Below are positions 29,565-40,647 of a stretch of DNA of 64,000 bases, piece by piece. A program made the translations under genes and the position numbers. Below the pieces are notes generated by a model. The model was not told where the DNA came from. It was given only the letters and a program-made list of their open reading frames with translations, and did no database searches. How positions within the stretch are numbered: the stretch's first letter is position 1; each line of letters starts with the position of its first letter. Source of the DNA: Obrimoposthia wandeli (taxonomy: Eukaryota); the NCBI GenBank assembly GCA_977020255.1, contig CDROCS010002735.1, forward strand, positions 62,001-126,000. Direction: 5' to 3'.

Positions 29565-32162
29565 GTGTTAAAAGCTTACCGTAAACATGTAGAAGAACGT
29601 GCTATTCAAGGCGTTCCAGCATTACCATTAGATTCAGATCAAACTGCAGCTTTAGTAGAACTACTAAAAGCACCCCCGGCTGGTGAAGAAGATTTCATTC
29701 TTAGCCTTTTGACCGATCGCGTTCCTGCGGGCGTTGACCAATCTGCTTATGTAAAAGCAGGATTTTTGGCCGCTATCACGACAGGCGAAGCAGAATCTCC
29801 TTTAATTTCAAAAGTTTTAGCGGTTGAAATTTTAGGTACCATGCTAGGCGGCTATAACATACAGCCTTTAATAGCTTGTCTTGAAATTGATGAATTAGCG
29901 CCAGCAGCGGTTAAAGCACTTTCGCATACTTTGTTAATGTTTGATGCTTTTTACGATGTAAAAGAAAAAATGGATGCTGGAAACGCATCTGCCAAGCAAG
30001 TAATTGAATCTTGGGCGCAAGCTGAATGGTTTACCTCTAAGCCAAAACTTGCTGATAGCATTAAGCTAACCGTCTTTAAAGTCCCTGGCGAAACAAATAC
30101 TGATGATCTGTCTCCTGCACCAGATGCATGGTCTCGCCCAGATATTCCAGTACACGCCAACGCGATGTTAAAAATGACACGTGATGGTATTGAGCCACAA
30201 GAGCACGGCGTACTAGGCCCATTAGCGCAAATTGAAGCAGTTAAAGCCAAAGGCAACCCTGTTGTCTATGTTGGTGACGTTGTAGGAACAGGATCTTCAC
30301 GTAAGTCAGCCACTAACTCAGTGCTTTGGTTCTTTGGTGATGATATCCCAAATATTCCTAACAAGCGCACGGCTGGTTTTTGCTTTGGCAATAAAATCGC
30401 CCCTATCTTCTTTAATACAATGGAAGATGCAGGTGCATTACCTATCGAGCTGGATGTTGATAGCATGCAGATGGGCGATGTTATCAACGTTTACCCTTAC
30501 CAAGGTAAAGTAACAAACGAAACTGGCGAAACGATCTCTACTTTCGCGCTTAAAACCCAAGTATTGCTTGATGAAGTCCAAGCGGGCGGCCGTATTCCAC
30601 TGATTATCGGTCGTGGTTTAACTGAAAAAGCAAGAGAAGCATTATCATTGGGAAATACTGATCTTTTCAGATCTCCTGATCAACCAGCCGCTGCTAGTGA
30701 TCAAGGTTATACCCTTGCTCAAAAGATGGTTGGTAAAGCCTGTAATGTTGAAGGTATTTTACCGGGCACATATTGCGAGCCTAAAATGACCACTGTAGGA
30801 TCGCAAGATACTACCGGCCCAATGACACGTGATGAGCTAAAAGATCTTGCCTGTCTTGGTTTCTCTGCTGATTTAACTATGCAGTCTTTTTGCCATACCG
30901 CCGCTTACCCTAAGCCTGTTGATGTCAATACACACCACACCCTACCCGATTTCATTATGAATCGTGGTGGTGTTGCACTTCGCCCAGGCGATGGTGTTAT
31001 TCACTCTTGGTTAAACCGTATGCTATTGCCGGATACTGTGGGTACAGGTGGTGATTCACATACACGTTTCCCACTAGGTATCTCTTTCCCTGCAGGATCT
31101 GGTTTAGTTGCTTTCGCAGCAGCAACCGGTGTTATGCCATTGGATATGCCTGAGTCAATCTTGGTGCGTTTCAAAGGCGAAATGCAACCTGGTATCACGC
31201 TACGTGATTTAGTACACGCTATTCCTTATCGTGGTATTCAAGAAGGTCTATTAACGGTTGAGAAATCTGGCAAGATCAATGAATTCTCTGGTCGTATATT
31301 AGAAATTGAAGGTCTTGAAGAACTGACTGTTGAGCAAGCTTTTGAATTGACAGACGCTTCTGCCGAGCGCTCTGCTGCTGGTTGTACTATCACTTTAAGT
31401 GAAGCATCAGTGACTGAATACCTAAACTCTAACATCACTATGTTGAAGTGGATGCTAAGTGAAGGGTACGGTGATGAGCGCACTATTTCGCGTCGTATTA
31501 TTGCCATGCAAGAATGGTTAGCAAACCCAAGCTTGATGCGCGCTGATGAAAACGCGCAATATGCACACATCTTAGAAATCGATATTTCTGAAATTAAAGA
31601 ACCGATTCTTTGTGCGCCAAACGATCCAGATGATGCGCGTTTATTATCCAGTGTTCAAGGTCGCAAGATTGATGAAGTATTCATCGGCTCTTGCATGACT
31701 AACATTGGTCATTTTCGCGCAGCAGGTAAGTTACTAGAAGCTAACAAAGGGTCTATTCCTACTCGCATGTGGATTGCTCCACCGACTAAGATGGATGCAG
31801 CTCAACTTTCTGAAGAAGGTTACTACAACATCTTTGGCAGTGCTGGTGCACGTATAGAAATGCCTGGTTGTTCTTTATGCATGGGCAACCAAGCAAGAAT
31901 CGCTGCTAAATCTACGGCTGTTTCAACCTCTACACGTAACTTCCCTAACCGTTTAGGTGATGGTGCTGATGTATTCTTAGCGTCTGCTGAGCTAGCCTCA
32001 GTGGCTGCGATTACCGGTTCACTACCGACCGTAGCAGAATACTTAGAACATGCTAAAACATACGATGCTATGTCTAGCGAAATCTATCGTTATTTAAACT
32101 TCGATCAAATGGAAACTTACGTTAAGAAAGCCTCTAACGTCATTCCACTTGTAGAAGCGTAA
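29565..32162 (+). CDS. acnB: Aconitate hydratase B
   Basis: 865 aa; [35 protein letters not shown] and [10 protein letters not shown] motifs; GTG start. Confidence 0.98.
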   Translation: MLKAYRKHVEERAIQGVPALPLDSDQTAALVELLKAPPAGEEDFILSLLTDRVPAGVDQSAYVKAGFLAAITTGEAESPLISKVLAVEILGTMLGGYNIQPLIACLEIDELAPAAVKALSHTLLMFDAFYDVKEKMDAGNASAKQVIESWAQAEWFTSKPKLADSIKLTVFKVPGETNTDDLSPAPDAWSRPDIPVHANAMLKMTRDGIEPQEHGVLGPLAQIEAVKAKGNPVVYVGDVVGTGSSRKSATNSVLWFFGDDIPNIPNKRTAGFCFGNKIAPIFFNTMEDAGALPIELDVDSMQMGDVINVYPYQGKVTNETGETISTFALKTQVLLDEVQAGGRIPLIIGRGLTEKAREALSLGNTDLFRSPDQPAAASDQGYTLAQKMVGKACNVEGILPGTYCEPKMTTVGSQDTTGPMTRDELKDLACLGFSADLTMQSFCHTAAYPKPVDVNTHHTLPDFIMNRGGVALRPGDGVIHSWLNRMLLPDTVGTGGDSHTRFPLGISFPAGSGLVAFAAATGVMPLDMPESILVRFKGEMQPGITLRDLVHAIPYRGIQEGLLTVEKSGKINEFSGRILEIEGLEELTVEQAFELTDASAERSAAGCTITLSEASVTEYLNSNITMLKWMLSEGYGDERTISRRIIAMQEWLANPSLMRADENAQYAHILEIDISEIKEPILCAPNDPDDARLLSSVQGRKIDEVFIGSCMTNIGHFRAAGKLLEANKGSIPTRMWIAPPTKMDAAQLSEEGYYNIFGSAGARIEMPGCSLCMGNQARIAAKSTAVSTSTRNFPNRLGDGADVFLASAELASVAAITGSLPTVAEYLEHAKTYDAMSSEIYRYLNFDQMETYVKKASNVIPLVEA

Positions 32163-32220
32163 ATAGCCTTAATTGTTGTTCTTACGAAATAGACCATCAA
32201 CGACTCAATTGTATTGATAA

Positions 32221-32245
32221 GTTGAGTTGAGTTGAGTTGAGTTGA
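32221..32245 (+). repeat. Pentanucleotide microsatellite (GTTGA)5
   Basis: Five exact units read directly. Confidence 0.9.
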
Positions 32246-32296
32246 TAGCTTAGTATTCTCGCAATGCTATATCTGCAACAACATTAAGATTATACT

Positions 32297-32332
32297 ATCC
32301 CGCTTAAGTACTGACTTAATGCGGGATTTTTT
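32297..32332 (+). terminator. Rho-independent terminator after acnB
   Basis: ATCCCGC-TTAAGT...ACTTAA-T-GCGGGAT plus T-run. Confidence 0.8.
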
Positions 32333-32343
32333 ATGTTTATAGC

Positions 32344-32496
32344 CATTGCTGTCCGGTTAAAAAATGTAAGCCCTCTAACTCATTGATTTGTGGTTTTCTA
32401 TCATGGAAAAATGGATATTTTTTAGCTGAGGAGTCTTTGCCGTTAACGTAAAATCAATGAGTTAGAGAGCAACAAAAATTAAACCGGACACTAATG
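32344..32496 (+). mobile_element. MITE-like repeat family A, copy 2
   Basis: CATTGCTGTCCGGTTAA ... TTAAACCGGACACTAATG; internal perfect pair CTCTAACTCATTGATTT/AAATCAATGAGTTAGAG. Confidence 0.8.
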
Positions 32497-32580
32497 GTTT
32501 ATAGCTTTAATACGTACCTAATGTTCTAAAAAATAGAAAGCTGCTTCGTGTTTACCTTTCACCTAACAAAATGATGATTC

Positions 32581-33198
32581 ATGGCCAATTTAATATTACT
32601 CAATAAACCTTTCCAAGTGCTAAGCCAATTCACTGATGATGGAGAGCGTACAACGTTGCGCAATTTTGTTAGCGAAAAAGGATTCTATCCTGCTGGGCGT
32701 TTAGATTATGATTCTGAAGGATTGTTAATTCTTACCGATGACGGCCCAACTCAACACCAACTGGCAAACCCAGTATTTAAGCTAGAAAAAACCTACTGGG
32801 TGCAAGTTGAAGGCGTAGTTGATCAAGAAGCCCTAAGCCAGCTCATTAAGGGAGTTGTGTTAAAAGATGGTAAAACTAAACCAGCACAAGCTCGAATAAT
32901 GGAAGAACCTGATCTATGGCCACGTAATCCGCCGATAAGAGTGCGCAAAGATAAGCCAACCTCTTGGTTAGAGCTTAAAATTAAAGAGGGAAAAAACCGT
33001 CAAGTTAGACGCATGACTGCAGCGGTAGGCTACCCGACTTTAAGATTAGTAAGGTACGCTATTGGTAACTGGACCGTTGAAAATTTAGCCGGTGGCGAAA
33101 CCAGAAAAGAAGTAGTGCATTTGGATGTCCCTAAAAAACCAGCTAATAAGAAATACACTGCGACTAAAGCCCCTATTAGAAAAAGAACAAACAGATAA
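32581..33198 (+). CDS. rluE: rRNA pseudouridine synthase (RluE type)
   Basis: LLNKPF, GRLDYDSEGLL, KTYWVQVEG and EGKNRQVRRM motifs. Confidence 0.9.
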   Translation: MANLILLNKPFQVLSQFTDDGERTTLRNFVSEKGFYPAGRLDYDSEGLLILTDDGPTQHQLANPVFKLEKTYWVQVEGVVDQEALSQLIKGVVLKDGKTKPAQARIMEEPDLWPRNPPIRVRKDKPTSWLELKIKEGKNRQVRRMTAAVGYPTLRLVRYAIGNWTVENLAGGETRKEVVHLDVPKKPANKKYTATKAPIRKRTNR

Positions 33199-33261
33199 AA
33201 TAGGTTTTTAAGCTTGCTAAAAACGAGAGCTGTTCTTAACCCTTGCTAACAAGGCGGGGCT

Positions 33262-33735
33262 TTAAATAAGCTGGCTAATTGAAGCGTATTTTCCACGCGT
33301 CAATTTAATTAAGTCACTTGGCTTTAGCTCTATCTCCAAACCTCTTTTGCCTGCACTGACATAAAGTGTATCTAGTGCTTGAGCAGATTGATCAAGCACT
33401 GTTAGCAATGATTTTTTTTGTCCTAAAGGACTAACACCGCCAAGCACATAGCCTGTAGTACGCTCTACCAATGCTTTATCGGCCATCGCAGCTTTCTTTG
33501 CAGCGAGTGCTTTGGCCATGCTTTTCATGCTGAGCTTGTCTAAAACAGGGATAATAGCGACTGCTAATCTACCATCATCTAAACTGACCACTAATGTTTT
33601 GAAAATTTTTGTAGGGTCAACTGCTAGCTTCTCGGCCGCTTCAATTCCATAAGAAGTTGCTTTCACATCATGTACGTATTCGTGAATAATGTGGCTGATT
33701 TTCTGTTTTTTTGCAGTGTTAATTGCCGGTGTCAT
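33262..33735 (-). CDS. ybaK: Cys-tRNA(Pro) deacylase
   Basis: MTPAI start, FKTLV, TGYVLGGVSPLGQK and SAGKRG motifs. Confidence 0.95.
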   Translation of the reverse strand: MTPAINTAKKQKISHIIHEYVHDVKATSYGIEAAEKLAVDPTKIFKTLVVSLDDGRLAVAIIPVLDKLSMKSMAKALAAKKAAMADKALVERTTGYVLGGVSPLGQKKSLLTVLDQSAQALDTLYVSAGKRGLEIELKPSDLIKLTRGKYASISQLI

Positions 33736-33837
33736 CGAGCTCTCTTTTTAATAAAATCTTTTTAATGGATATTAGCAAAGTAACCTGCTGATGTTACTTT
33801 GCCAGCATCTTGGCTTTTTAAACCTTAAGAGCACTGT

Positions 33838-35769
33838 TTACAGATCAATTTCTAAATCAGAGCGTGCATAACTACAACAAGGCAAAAATTCTCCATTTGC
33901 TTTGTCCTCTTCATCTAAAGCTAAAGCATCAGGCGCATGTATTTCGCCATTGACCAGCGTGCTATTACAGCTACCGCAAATTCCTGCCAAACAGCTGTAA
34001 TCAGGATAGATTCCAAGGCTTTCTGCTGCATCTAAAATTGTTTGATCAGCATCTACTTCCATTTCTAAGCCACTTTGTAAAAACTTTAACTTAAACGGCC
34101 CTTCACTTGCTTTGCTATCTTCGTCCTGCTCATCATTATTTGTGCTGCTATCAATCACAAAGCTTTCTTGATGATATTGCGTTTCAGGCAATTTCAACTC
34201 AGTAAGTATATGACTAGCGCTATCCATAAATCCTTCTGGACCACAAACAAACACTTCACGCTCTAATACATTACTGCAAAATGCTTGTAACATTTCAGCG
34301 TTGAATCGCCCGCTGCTATTAGCAACATCATAATCATTAATAGCGTCTTGGCGCGTAAAATTACAAGATAAAGATAACTTTGATGATCCATTCACCACTG
34401 ATTTTAGTTCATTAAAACAAATCAAATCTGCTGCTGTTTTAGCACTGTGATGAAAATGAACATCCATATCAAGCGCTAGATCTGTAATGTAACGCACAAT
34501 TGACAGCATCGGTGTGATGCCCGATCCTGCCGATAGTAATAATAACTTAGGTAAGCTTTGAGCCGCCAGATGAAAAACACCGCTCGCATTACTGCTATTA
34601 ATAGAAGAGCCTACCTTAAAGCTGTCGTGTAGCCAGTTAGAAACAATGCCATCTGTCACACGCTTAACGGTTATTGAAATGATATCCGGAGTAGATGGAC
34701 TTGAAGATAACGTATAACAGCGTGGATATTTTTGATCATTGATAACCGGCTGCAACGTAATAAACTGACCCGGTAGATACGAGAAACGACAGATAGGATC
34801 AGCAACGAATTTAAATGTTTTAACATCCTCTGTCTCATCAATAATCTGTACGCAGCGCAGCAACATATTACCAGCTTGCTTGGTGCTAGAAGTTAGCGCA
34901 AGTTGCTGTGATAAGCGACTGTTTTCAAAAGACCAGCTATCTATATACTCAGGCTTCGCTTTGGTTTTTAATACCTCAACTTTGTCACCAATGCGGATAA
35001 TACCAGGCTTCACAACCAGCATATTCTCACCAAAGATTACGTCACCATCTTGCGCTTGCTGCTTGCGATAAGTACCTAAGGTTTTTAGCGGCTCTGATTT
35101 ACTATCATGAATCGCAGTGGTTGGATCTACCGTTGTAAAAATACAGCGACCACAAGGCTTAGGCAGATCGAAAATCACTTCGCCTATCTTAATTTGCGCC
35201 CACTCATCTTCCGCCCAAGCAGGTATGCCGCTAATGGTGATGTTTGGTCTAAAGGCCGCCATGCTAACAGGTGCTAATAAACGCTGATTCAAATGATCAA
35301 GAGAGTGAGTATTAGTGATTAGTAGTGGAAAACCATCAGCAAAAGCGACTTCATGCGCATCGTGGCCAGCTACTTCTCTATTTGAGTTATCACCAAAGAA
35401 TAAAATACGTAAAGGCTCGTCAAAAATGGCACTAATCCACTGATCTACTGCATAACCACAGCCTTGGCCTAAAAACTTAGTCCCCCACACTTCTGTTGGG
35501 TAGTACTGCTGAGAAAAAGTGTGTTGCTCTAAGATCAAATCATCACAACTAGCATGTTTAAGCACTAAGTTGTTATCTATATATTCACAAGTGATGGCGG
35601 TAATTTTAGGATGAGTACGCCCTGTCACAAAACGACCATCCATCTTGGTTAGCATAAAGCGTCTATCGCCCTTTATCCCAGTACTGAGTATTTCTGCGCA
35701 ATCACAATCGATACCTGCAGCGGATTTTAATGGATAAAAAGTTAAGCTTTCAACATAAGCATTAGACAT
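33838..35769 (-). CDS. ycbX: MOSC-domain protein fused to FAD/NAD reductase and 2Fe-2S ferredoxin (YcbX-like)
   Basis: FYPLKS, DRRFM, FADGFP, FRPN, KPCGRC; then RCYTLSS, SAGSGITP, VCGP; CLAGICGSC...C; start MSNAYV. Confidence 0.85.
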   Translation of the reverse strand: MSNAYVESLTFYPLKSAAGIDCDCAEILSTGIKGDRRFMLTKMDGRFVTGRTHPKITAITCEYIDNNLVLKHASCDDLILEQHTFSQQYYPTEVWGTKFLGQGCGYAVDQWISAIFDEPLRILFFGDNSNREVAGHDAHEVAFADGFPLLITNTHSLDHLNQRLLAPVSMAAFRPNITISGIPAWAEDEWAQIKIGEVIFDLPKPCGRCIFTTVDPTTAIHDSKSEPLKTLGTYRKQQAQDGDVIFGENMLVVKPGIIRIGDKVEVLKTKAKPEYIDSWSFENSRLSQQLALTSSTKQAGNMLLRCVQIIDETEDVKTFKFVADPICRFSYLPGQFITLQPVINDQKYPRCYTLSSSPSTPDIISITVKRVTDGIVSNWLHDSFKVGSSINSSNASGVFHLAAQSLPKLLLLSAGSGITPMLSIVRYITDLALDMDVHFHHSAKTAADLICFNELKSVVNGSSKLSLSCNFTRQDAINDYDVANSSGRFNAEMLQAFCSNVLEREVFVCGPEGFMDSASHILTELKLPETQYHQESFVIDSSTNNDEQDEDSKASEGPFKLKFLQSGLEMEVDADQTILDAAESLGIYPDYSCLAGICGSCNSTLVNGEIHAPDALALDEEDKANGEFLPCCSYARSDLEIDL

Positions 35770-35990
35770 GTAAATACCTTTTAAAAAAGTCATTATTATA
35801 TAGGGTTAAGAGTAACTTAAGGCGGCGTACTAGGCTACTGCTTTAGATGGTCGCTAAGCTTAATTTATACAGCTCAACAGATAGAAGGATGTGCCAGATA
35901 TGCGATTATAAGTTTATAAAATACTAAATGCCTCGCAGATCTGAATTTAGTCCTTGAGGCATTGAAGTTTTTTACTGATAAAAAATATGA

Positions 35991-37058
35991 CTAACTACGC
36001 TGACGGTAAATAGCGCCTTGGAACAAGTTTGCGTATTGCGTCGCTGGAGTTAAAAATGCTTGGTAGCTTTTTTGCACTTTGGCAAATTCTGGATTTGCAG
36101 TCGCTAGCTCATCCATTACCTCAATACTGGCTTTTTTCAATGCCTCGACTACATCCGTTGGGAATTCTTTAAACTTAACGCCCTTTTCTTGCAGCTTCAG
36201 CATCGCCAGAGTATTAAAGTAATCAAATTGAGCTAATGTTTCAACAGAAGTAGCACGGGCAGCTTCTTCTACAATCGCTTGTAAATCTTTAGGAAGTTCA
36301 GCGAATGCATCTTTATTAACCACGATTTCAAGCGCTGCGCCAGGTTCATGAAAAGCAGGGGTATAGCAAAGATCTGTAATTTTGTTTAAACCGAATGCTT
36401 GATCTAACATAGGGCCTACCCACTCAGCGGCATCAATAGCACCTGATTTAAAAGCAGGGAAAATTTCCGGTGGCGGCAGTAAAATAGCGTTAACACCAAG
36501 CTTTCGCATCGCTTCCCCACCTAAACCTGCAATACGCATATTTAAGCCTGAAAGATCTTTAACAGAGTTGATTTCTTTTTTGAACCAACCACCTGATTGC
36601 GTTCCAGAGTTGCCGCTGTAAAAACCTTTTAGGCCGCGCTGATCATAAATTTCATCCCACAATTGTTGGCCTCCGCCATATTGTAGCCAAGCAACGTGTT
36701 CAGTGGCTGTCATACCAAAAGGTACGGTACTGAAAAAATGAATAGCTGAGTTTTTACCCGCTGAGTAATAAGGCGTGCTGTGGCCAATTTCAGCTGTACC
36801 TTTTTGTACCGCATCTTCAACCGCAAAAGGAGGCACTAATTCGCCACCTGAGTACACTTTAAAACTTAAGCGACCACCAGACATTGCCTCTACACGCTTG
36901 GCAAAACTGGTGACATTTGTGCCAACACCTGGTGCTTTAGCAGGAAAACTAGTTGGTAACTTCCATTGTATTTTGCCACTTGCGATAGCAGGCGCGCCTG
37001 TAATTGCAACACCAGCTCCTGTTAAAGCGGCACCTTGTAAAAATTTTCTACGCTGCAT
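35991..37058 (-). CDS. dctP: TRAP transporter solute-binding protein with Tat signal
   Basis: MQRRKFL twin-arginine; LSGLNMRIAG and AAEWVGP motifs. Confidence 0.9.
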   Translation of the reverse strand: MQRRKFLQGAALTGAGVAITGAPAIASGKIQWKLPTSFPAKAPGVGTNVTSFAKRVEAMSGGRLSFKVYSGGELVPPFAVEDAVQKGTAEIGHSTPYYSAGKNSAIHFFSTVPFGMTATEHVAWLQYGGGQQLWDEIYDQRGLKGFYSGNSGTQSGGWFKKEINSVKDLSGLNMRIAGLGGEAMRKLGVNAILLPPPEIFPAFKSGAIDAAEWVGPMLDQAFGLNKITDLCYTPAFHEPGAALEIVVNKDAFAELPKDLQAIVEEAARATSVETLAQFDYFNTLAMLKLQEKGVKFKEFPTDVVEALKKASIEVMDELATANPEFAKVQKSYQAFLTPATQYANLFQGAIYRQRS

Positions 37059-37117
37059 AAATGTTCCTTATTAGGTTGTTTTCTCTATTGTTATTATTTC
37101 GTTTTAAATGTATTACG

Positions 37118-38722
37118 CTATGAAAATATCCATGTTGGTAACCAAGTGACCAATTCAGGAAAAACGACTAACACGCCCATTGTTATTATTTGGATAATAA
37201 CAAAAGGAATAACGGATTTGTAAATATCTATAGTGCTGATACTTTTTGGAGCAACAGAGCGAAAATAGAATAGTGCAAAGCCAAAAGGCGGTGTTAAAAA
37301 ACTGGTTTGTAAGTTAATAGCGATCATTATTGCAAACCATATTGGATTGAAATCCATCGCCAAAATAACTGGGCCGACGATAGGTATCACAATAAATAAA
37401 ATCTCAACAAACTCTAAGACAAAGCCAAGTAAAAATACCACTAGCATTACCGCTATCAGCGCACCCCATTTATCACCAGGAATTTGCGACAAAACATGCG
37501 CGACCATTTCATCCCCTTCAAAGCCTCTAAACACTAAAGATAACATTGAAGCGGCAATGATGATGGCGAATACCATGCCAGAAACGCTTACGCTTTGGCT
37601 AATTGCATCTCTTAATATATTGTCTTTTACCAGACGATGGCCGGCACAAAATAAAGCACTTAATAAGATTAAGCTCAACACTATGGCGCCAACACTACCA
37701 TAATCTAATACTAATGAGCCGCTACTTAAATCAATTTTAGAGATGTTATAGGAAATTAATAAGCTCAAACTAAAAGCCGAAATCGCACCTAATAAGATGA
37801 GTTTTTTAAGCCAATTAGTGGCATTAACGCTGTTCGCTGCTGCTATTAATAACGTTCCTGCAACGCCTACAGCTGCGGCCTCAGTAGGTGTTGCCACACC
37901 AAACAAAATAGAACCTAGTACCGCTATAATCAGTAGTATTGGGGGCAAAAATGCCGTGCTAATTTCTTGAATAGATATGTTTTGTTGAATAAGTGTGTTT
38001 TCTTGCTTTGTGACTGTTATACGCTGATTCGCAGGGCGCGGTTCTGGATCGATAAAACGATTATGGATAAAAACATAGAATGCGTAAAGTAAAACTAGCA
38101 ATAAGCCCGGCAGTAAAGCACCTGCGAACAAGTCACCAACAGAGACGGGATCTGGCGCAAAGTTGCCAATATTTTGCTGTGCTTCAATGTAAGCATTTGA
38201 AATTTGATCACCGAGTAAAATCAACACTATAGATGGTGGTATAATTTGCCCTAAAGTACCTGAAGCACAAATCAAACCTGAAGATAAACGTACAGATACG
38301 CCTGCTTTAAGCAGTGCAGGTAAGCTTATCATTCCCAGCATAACGATAGTGGCACCGATAATACCTGTTGATGCGGCAATCAACGTACTCACAATGAGTA
38401 CAGAGTAAGCTAACCCTGCCCTATCTCCACCAAAGAAACTGGCCATTATTAATAGCATGCGCTCAGCCACTTTTGAGCGCTCTAATAAAATACCCATCAT
38501 CACAAATAGCGGTATCGCTATTAGTAATGAATTGTTCATGATACCAAAGACACGTTGTGGAAACGCACCAAAAAAACTTAAATCAAAATGACCAAAAAAC
38601 GAAGCGATTACCCCTATTATTACTGGGATACCAGAAATAGCTAACATAACCGGCATGCCGCTCATGATCGCAATCAATAAGGAAATCACTAGTATTAGTA
38701 ACCAAATAGCCGCAATACTCAT
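37118..38722 (-). CDS. dctM: TRAP large permease
   Basis: AIPLFVMMG, ASGTLGQIIPPSI, TPTEAA and LTPPFG motifs. Confidence 0.93.
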   Translation of the reverse strand: MSIAAIWLLILVISLLIAIMSGMPVMLAISGIPVIIGVIASFFGHFDLSFFGAFPQRVFGIMNNSLLIAIPLFVMMGILLERSKVAERMLLIMASFFGGDRAGLAYSVLIVSTLIAASTGIIGATIVMLGMISLPALLKAGVSVRLSSGLICASGTLGQIIPPSIVLILLGDQISNAYIEAQQNIGNFAPDPVSVGDLFAGALLPGLLLVLLYAFYVFIHNRFIDPEPRPANQRITVTKQENTLIQQNISIQEISTAFLPPILLIIAVLGSILFGVATPTEAAAVGVAGTLLIAAANSVNATNWLKKLILLGAISAFSLSLLISYNISKIDLSSGSLVLDYGSVGAIVLSLILLSALFCAGHRLVKDNILRDAISQSVSVSGMVFAIIIAASMLSLVFRGFEGDEMVAHVLSQIPGDKWGALIAVMLVVFLLGFVLEFVEILFIVIPIVGPVILAMDFNPIWFAIMIAINLQTSFLTPPFGFALFYFRSVAPKSISTIDIYKSVIPFVIIQIITMGVLVVFPELVTWLPTWIFS

Positions 38723-39321
38723 CAGTGGTTTGCCTCAATATTGCTCGATGTTGCCAAACTATCAGGCACTTGCGGTAAGTATTTTCCGCGACGTACAATG
38801 ACACACACACCTTGTATAATCATCAATAAACACACTAAAGGGAGTGTTGATTTAACCAGGAACAAACCGCCTAAACCGCCTGTTTCTCGTGAACCTTCTA
38901 ATATGCTCCAAGCGTAATAAATATCAGACCATACCCAATATAAGATAAGGGCAAAAAACGGTATTAGAAAAAACACAACTGCAATTATATCAACTTGCTG
39001 TTGCACCTTAATGGTTTGATTTTCACGAAACACATCAACCCGAACGTGCTTGTTACAACCAAAGGTATACACAACACTGAATACAACTAACGCGCTAAAA
39101 TTATAAAGAGCGAAATCATGCAATTGCAAAAAACCAATGTCGTAGATGTACCTTAAAAACACAATACAAATTTCGCACAATACTAATGCCACTACTAAAA
39201 AGAGACAAATTTTCTCAACTAATAAATGAATAAATAAACTAATTTTGTATGGCATGATAGAAGATATTTTGGATGACCTTTTGTGTGGCATATTGTCTGG
39301 AATCTTTTGTGGAGAATGCAA
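38722..39321 (-). CDS. dctQ: TRAP small permease
   Basis: Four TM segments, HVRVDV, ETGGL; start uncertain. Confidence 0.88.
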   Translation of the reverse strand: MHSPQKIPDNMPHKRSSKISSIMPYKISLFIHLLVEKICLFLVVALVLCEICIVFLRYIYDIGFLQLHDFALYNFSALVVFSVVYTFGCNKHVRVDVFRENQTIKVQQQVDIIAVVFFLIPFFALILYWVWSDIYYAWSILEGSRETGGLGGLFLVKSTLPLVCLLMIIQGVCVIVRRGKYLPQVPDSLATSSNIEANH

Positions 39322-39638
39322 TGTTGAACCCTTTTACGAGTAGCAAAAAAATATAATACTGTGGATTTTCACAAGCGAAACCATAACGAGGATTTGTTTT
39401 AAATTCAATCTATAATAATAGTTTTATGCTTAAATTACTTTCCATGAAATGATTAAGCAAGGCCGCGGAAATTGATGAGGTGTTGTCGTTGCAAGGTTCG
39501 TATAGAGAGCGAACCTTTCTGTTTTAAAACAAGTAGTGAATGAGCTGCGAATCCAATTGAGGTTGGGGTTGAGCAAGCTCACGTTTACTACTGTAGATTT
39601 AAATACAGATCAATCTTCTGTCATCTAGGCGTTTAAAT

Positions 39639-39681
39639 AATAATGATTAAATGCAGTGGCGCACTGCTTTTAATCATTATT
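39639..39681 (-). terminator. Long hairpin/terminator after the nucleoside ABC operon
   Basis: 20-bp arms (one mismatch) AATAATGATTAAATGCAGTG-GCG-CACTGCTTTTAATCATTATT. Confidence 0.7.
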
Positions 39682-39699
39682 TAGTAACAAAGCAGTATT

Positions 39700-40644
39700 C
39701 TAATGACGTTCCCCACGCCTAAAAGGAATCAACAATGCTTTGGGATAAACCGCTTTGCGCGCTAATAAAGTCAGAGCTATGATGCTTAACACATAAGGCG
39801 CCATCAAGAAGAACTGGTATGGAATGTCAATGCCAGACACTTGCTGCAAACGTACTTGGTACGCATCAATACCTGCAAACAGTAATGCGCCAAATAAAGC
39901 TTTTTTAGGCTCCCAAGAGGCGAATATCACCAGTGCAACACAAATCCAGCCACGCCCGTTTATCATCCCAAAGAAGAAGGCATCAAACGCAGAGATAGTT
40001 AGAAATGCGCCGCCAATGGCCATCAAGCTGCTACCCATCATCACTGAGATTGTCCGCACTAGATGCACATTTATTCCCTGTGCTTCTGCGGCTATAGGGT
40101 TTTCGCCCACCATACGCATCGCCAAGCCAAAAGGTGTTTTATACATGATATAAATCACCACCGCGACCATCAGCAAAGATAGGTAAGTTAAGGGCGATTG
40201 AATAAATAATATTTCGCCAACCACGGGGATATCAGATAGGAACGGCACTGCATAAGTGTTGAAAGCATCAATTTTTGGCGGTGTGGTGACATCTGGTAGC
40301 ATCATTCTAAACGCAAAGTAGCTGATGGAAGATGCAAACATGGTGAGTGCAATACCGGTTACATGCTGGGAAAGCCCAAGGTATACTGTAAAACCGCTAT
40401 GTACTAAGCCGGCCATAGCACCCAAGAATGCGACAAACAAAACAGCACTCCACAACCCGCCGCCCATATATACCCACATCCAGCCACCCATCGCGCCGAG
40501 TGTCATGATGCCCTCGATGCCTAAGTTAAGTACCCCTGCACGCTCACAGACTAGTTCACCTAATGTGCCAAAAATGAGTGATGTGGCGATGCGTATGGTT
40601 GCTACCCAAAAGCCAACTTCAAAGAAAATCGAAATATAATCCAT
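39700..40644 (-). CDS. Nucleoside/purine ABC permease
   Basis: ERAGVLNLGIEG, GENP.AAEAQG and GRGWI motifs. Confidence 0.92.
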   Translation of the reverse strand: MDYISIFFEVGFWVATIRIATSLIFGTLGELVCERAGVLNLGIEGIMTLGAMGGWMWVYMGGGLWSAVLFVAFLGAMAGLVHSGFTVYLGLSQHVTGIALTMFASSISYFAFRMMLPDVTTPPKIDAFNTYAVPFLSDIPVVGEILFIQSPLTYLSLLMVAVVIYIMYKTPFGLAMRMVGENPIAAEAQGINVHLVRTISVMMGSSLMAIGGAFLTISAFDAFFFGMINGRGWICVALVIFASWEPKKALFGALLFAGIDAYQVRLQQVSGIDIPYQFFLMAPYVLSIIALTLLARKAVYPKALLIPFRRGERH

Positions 40645-40647
40645 AAC

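Noticed and set aside
39316-39334. GG-N10-GC on the minus strand at the dctQ start
   Set aside because: Poor -24 context and overlaps the predicted start codon
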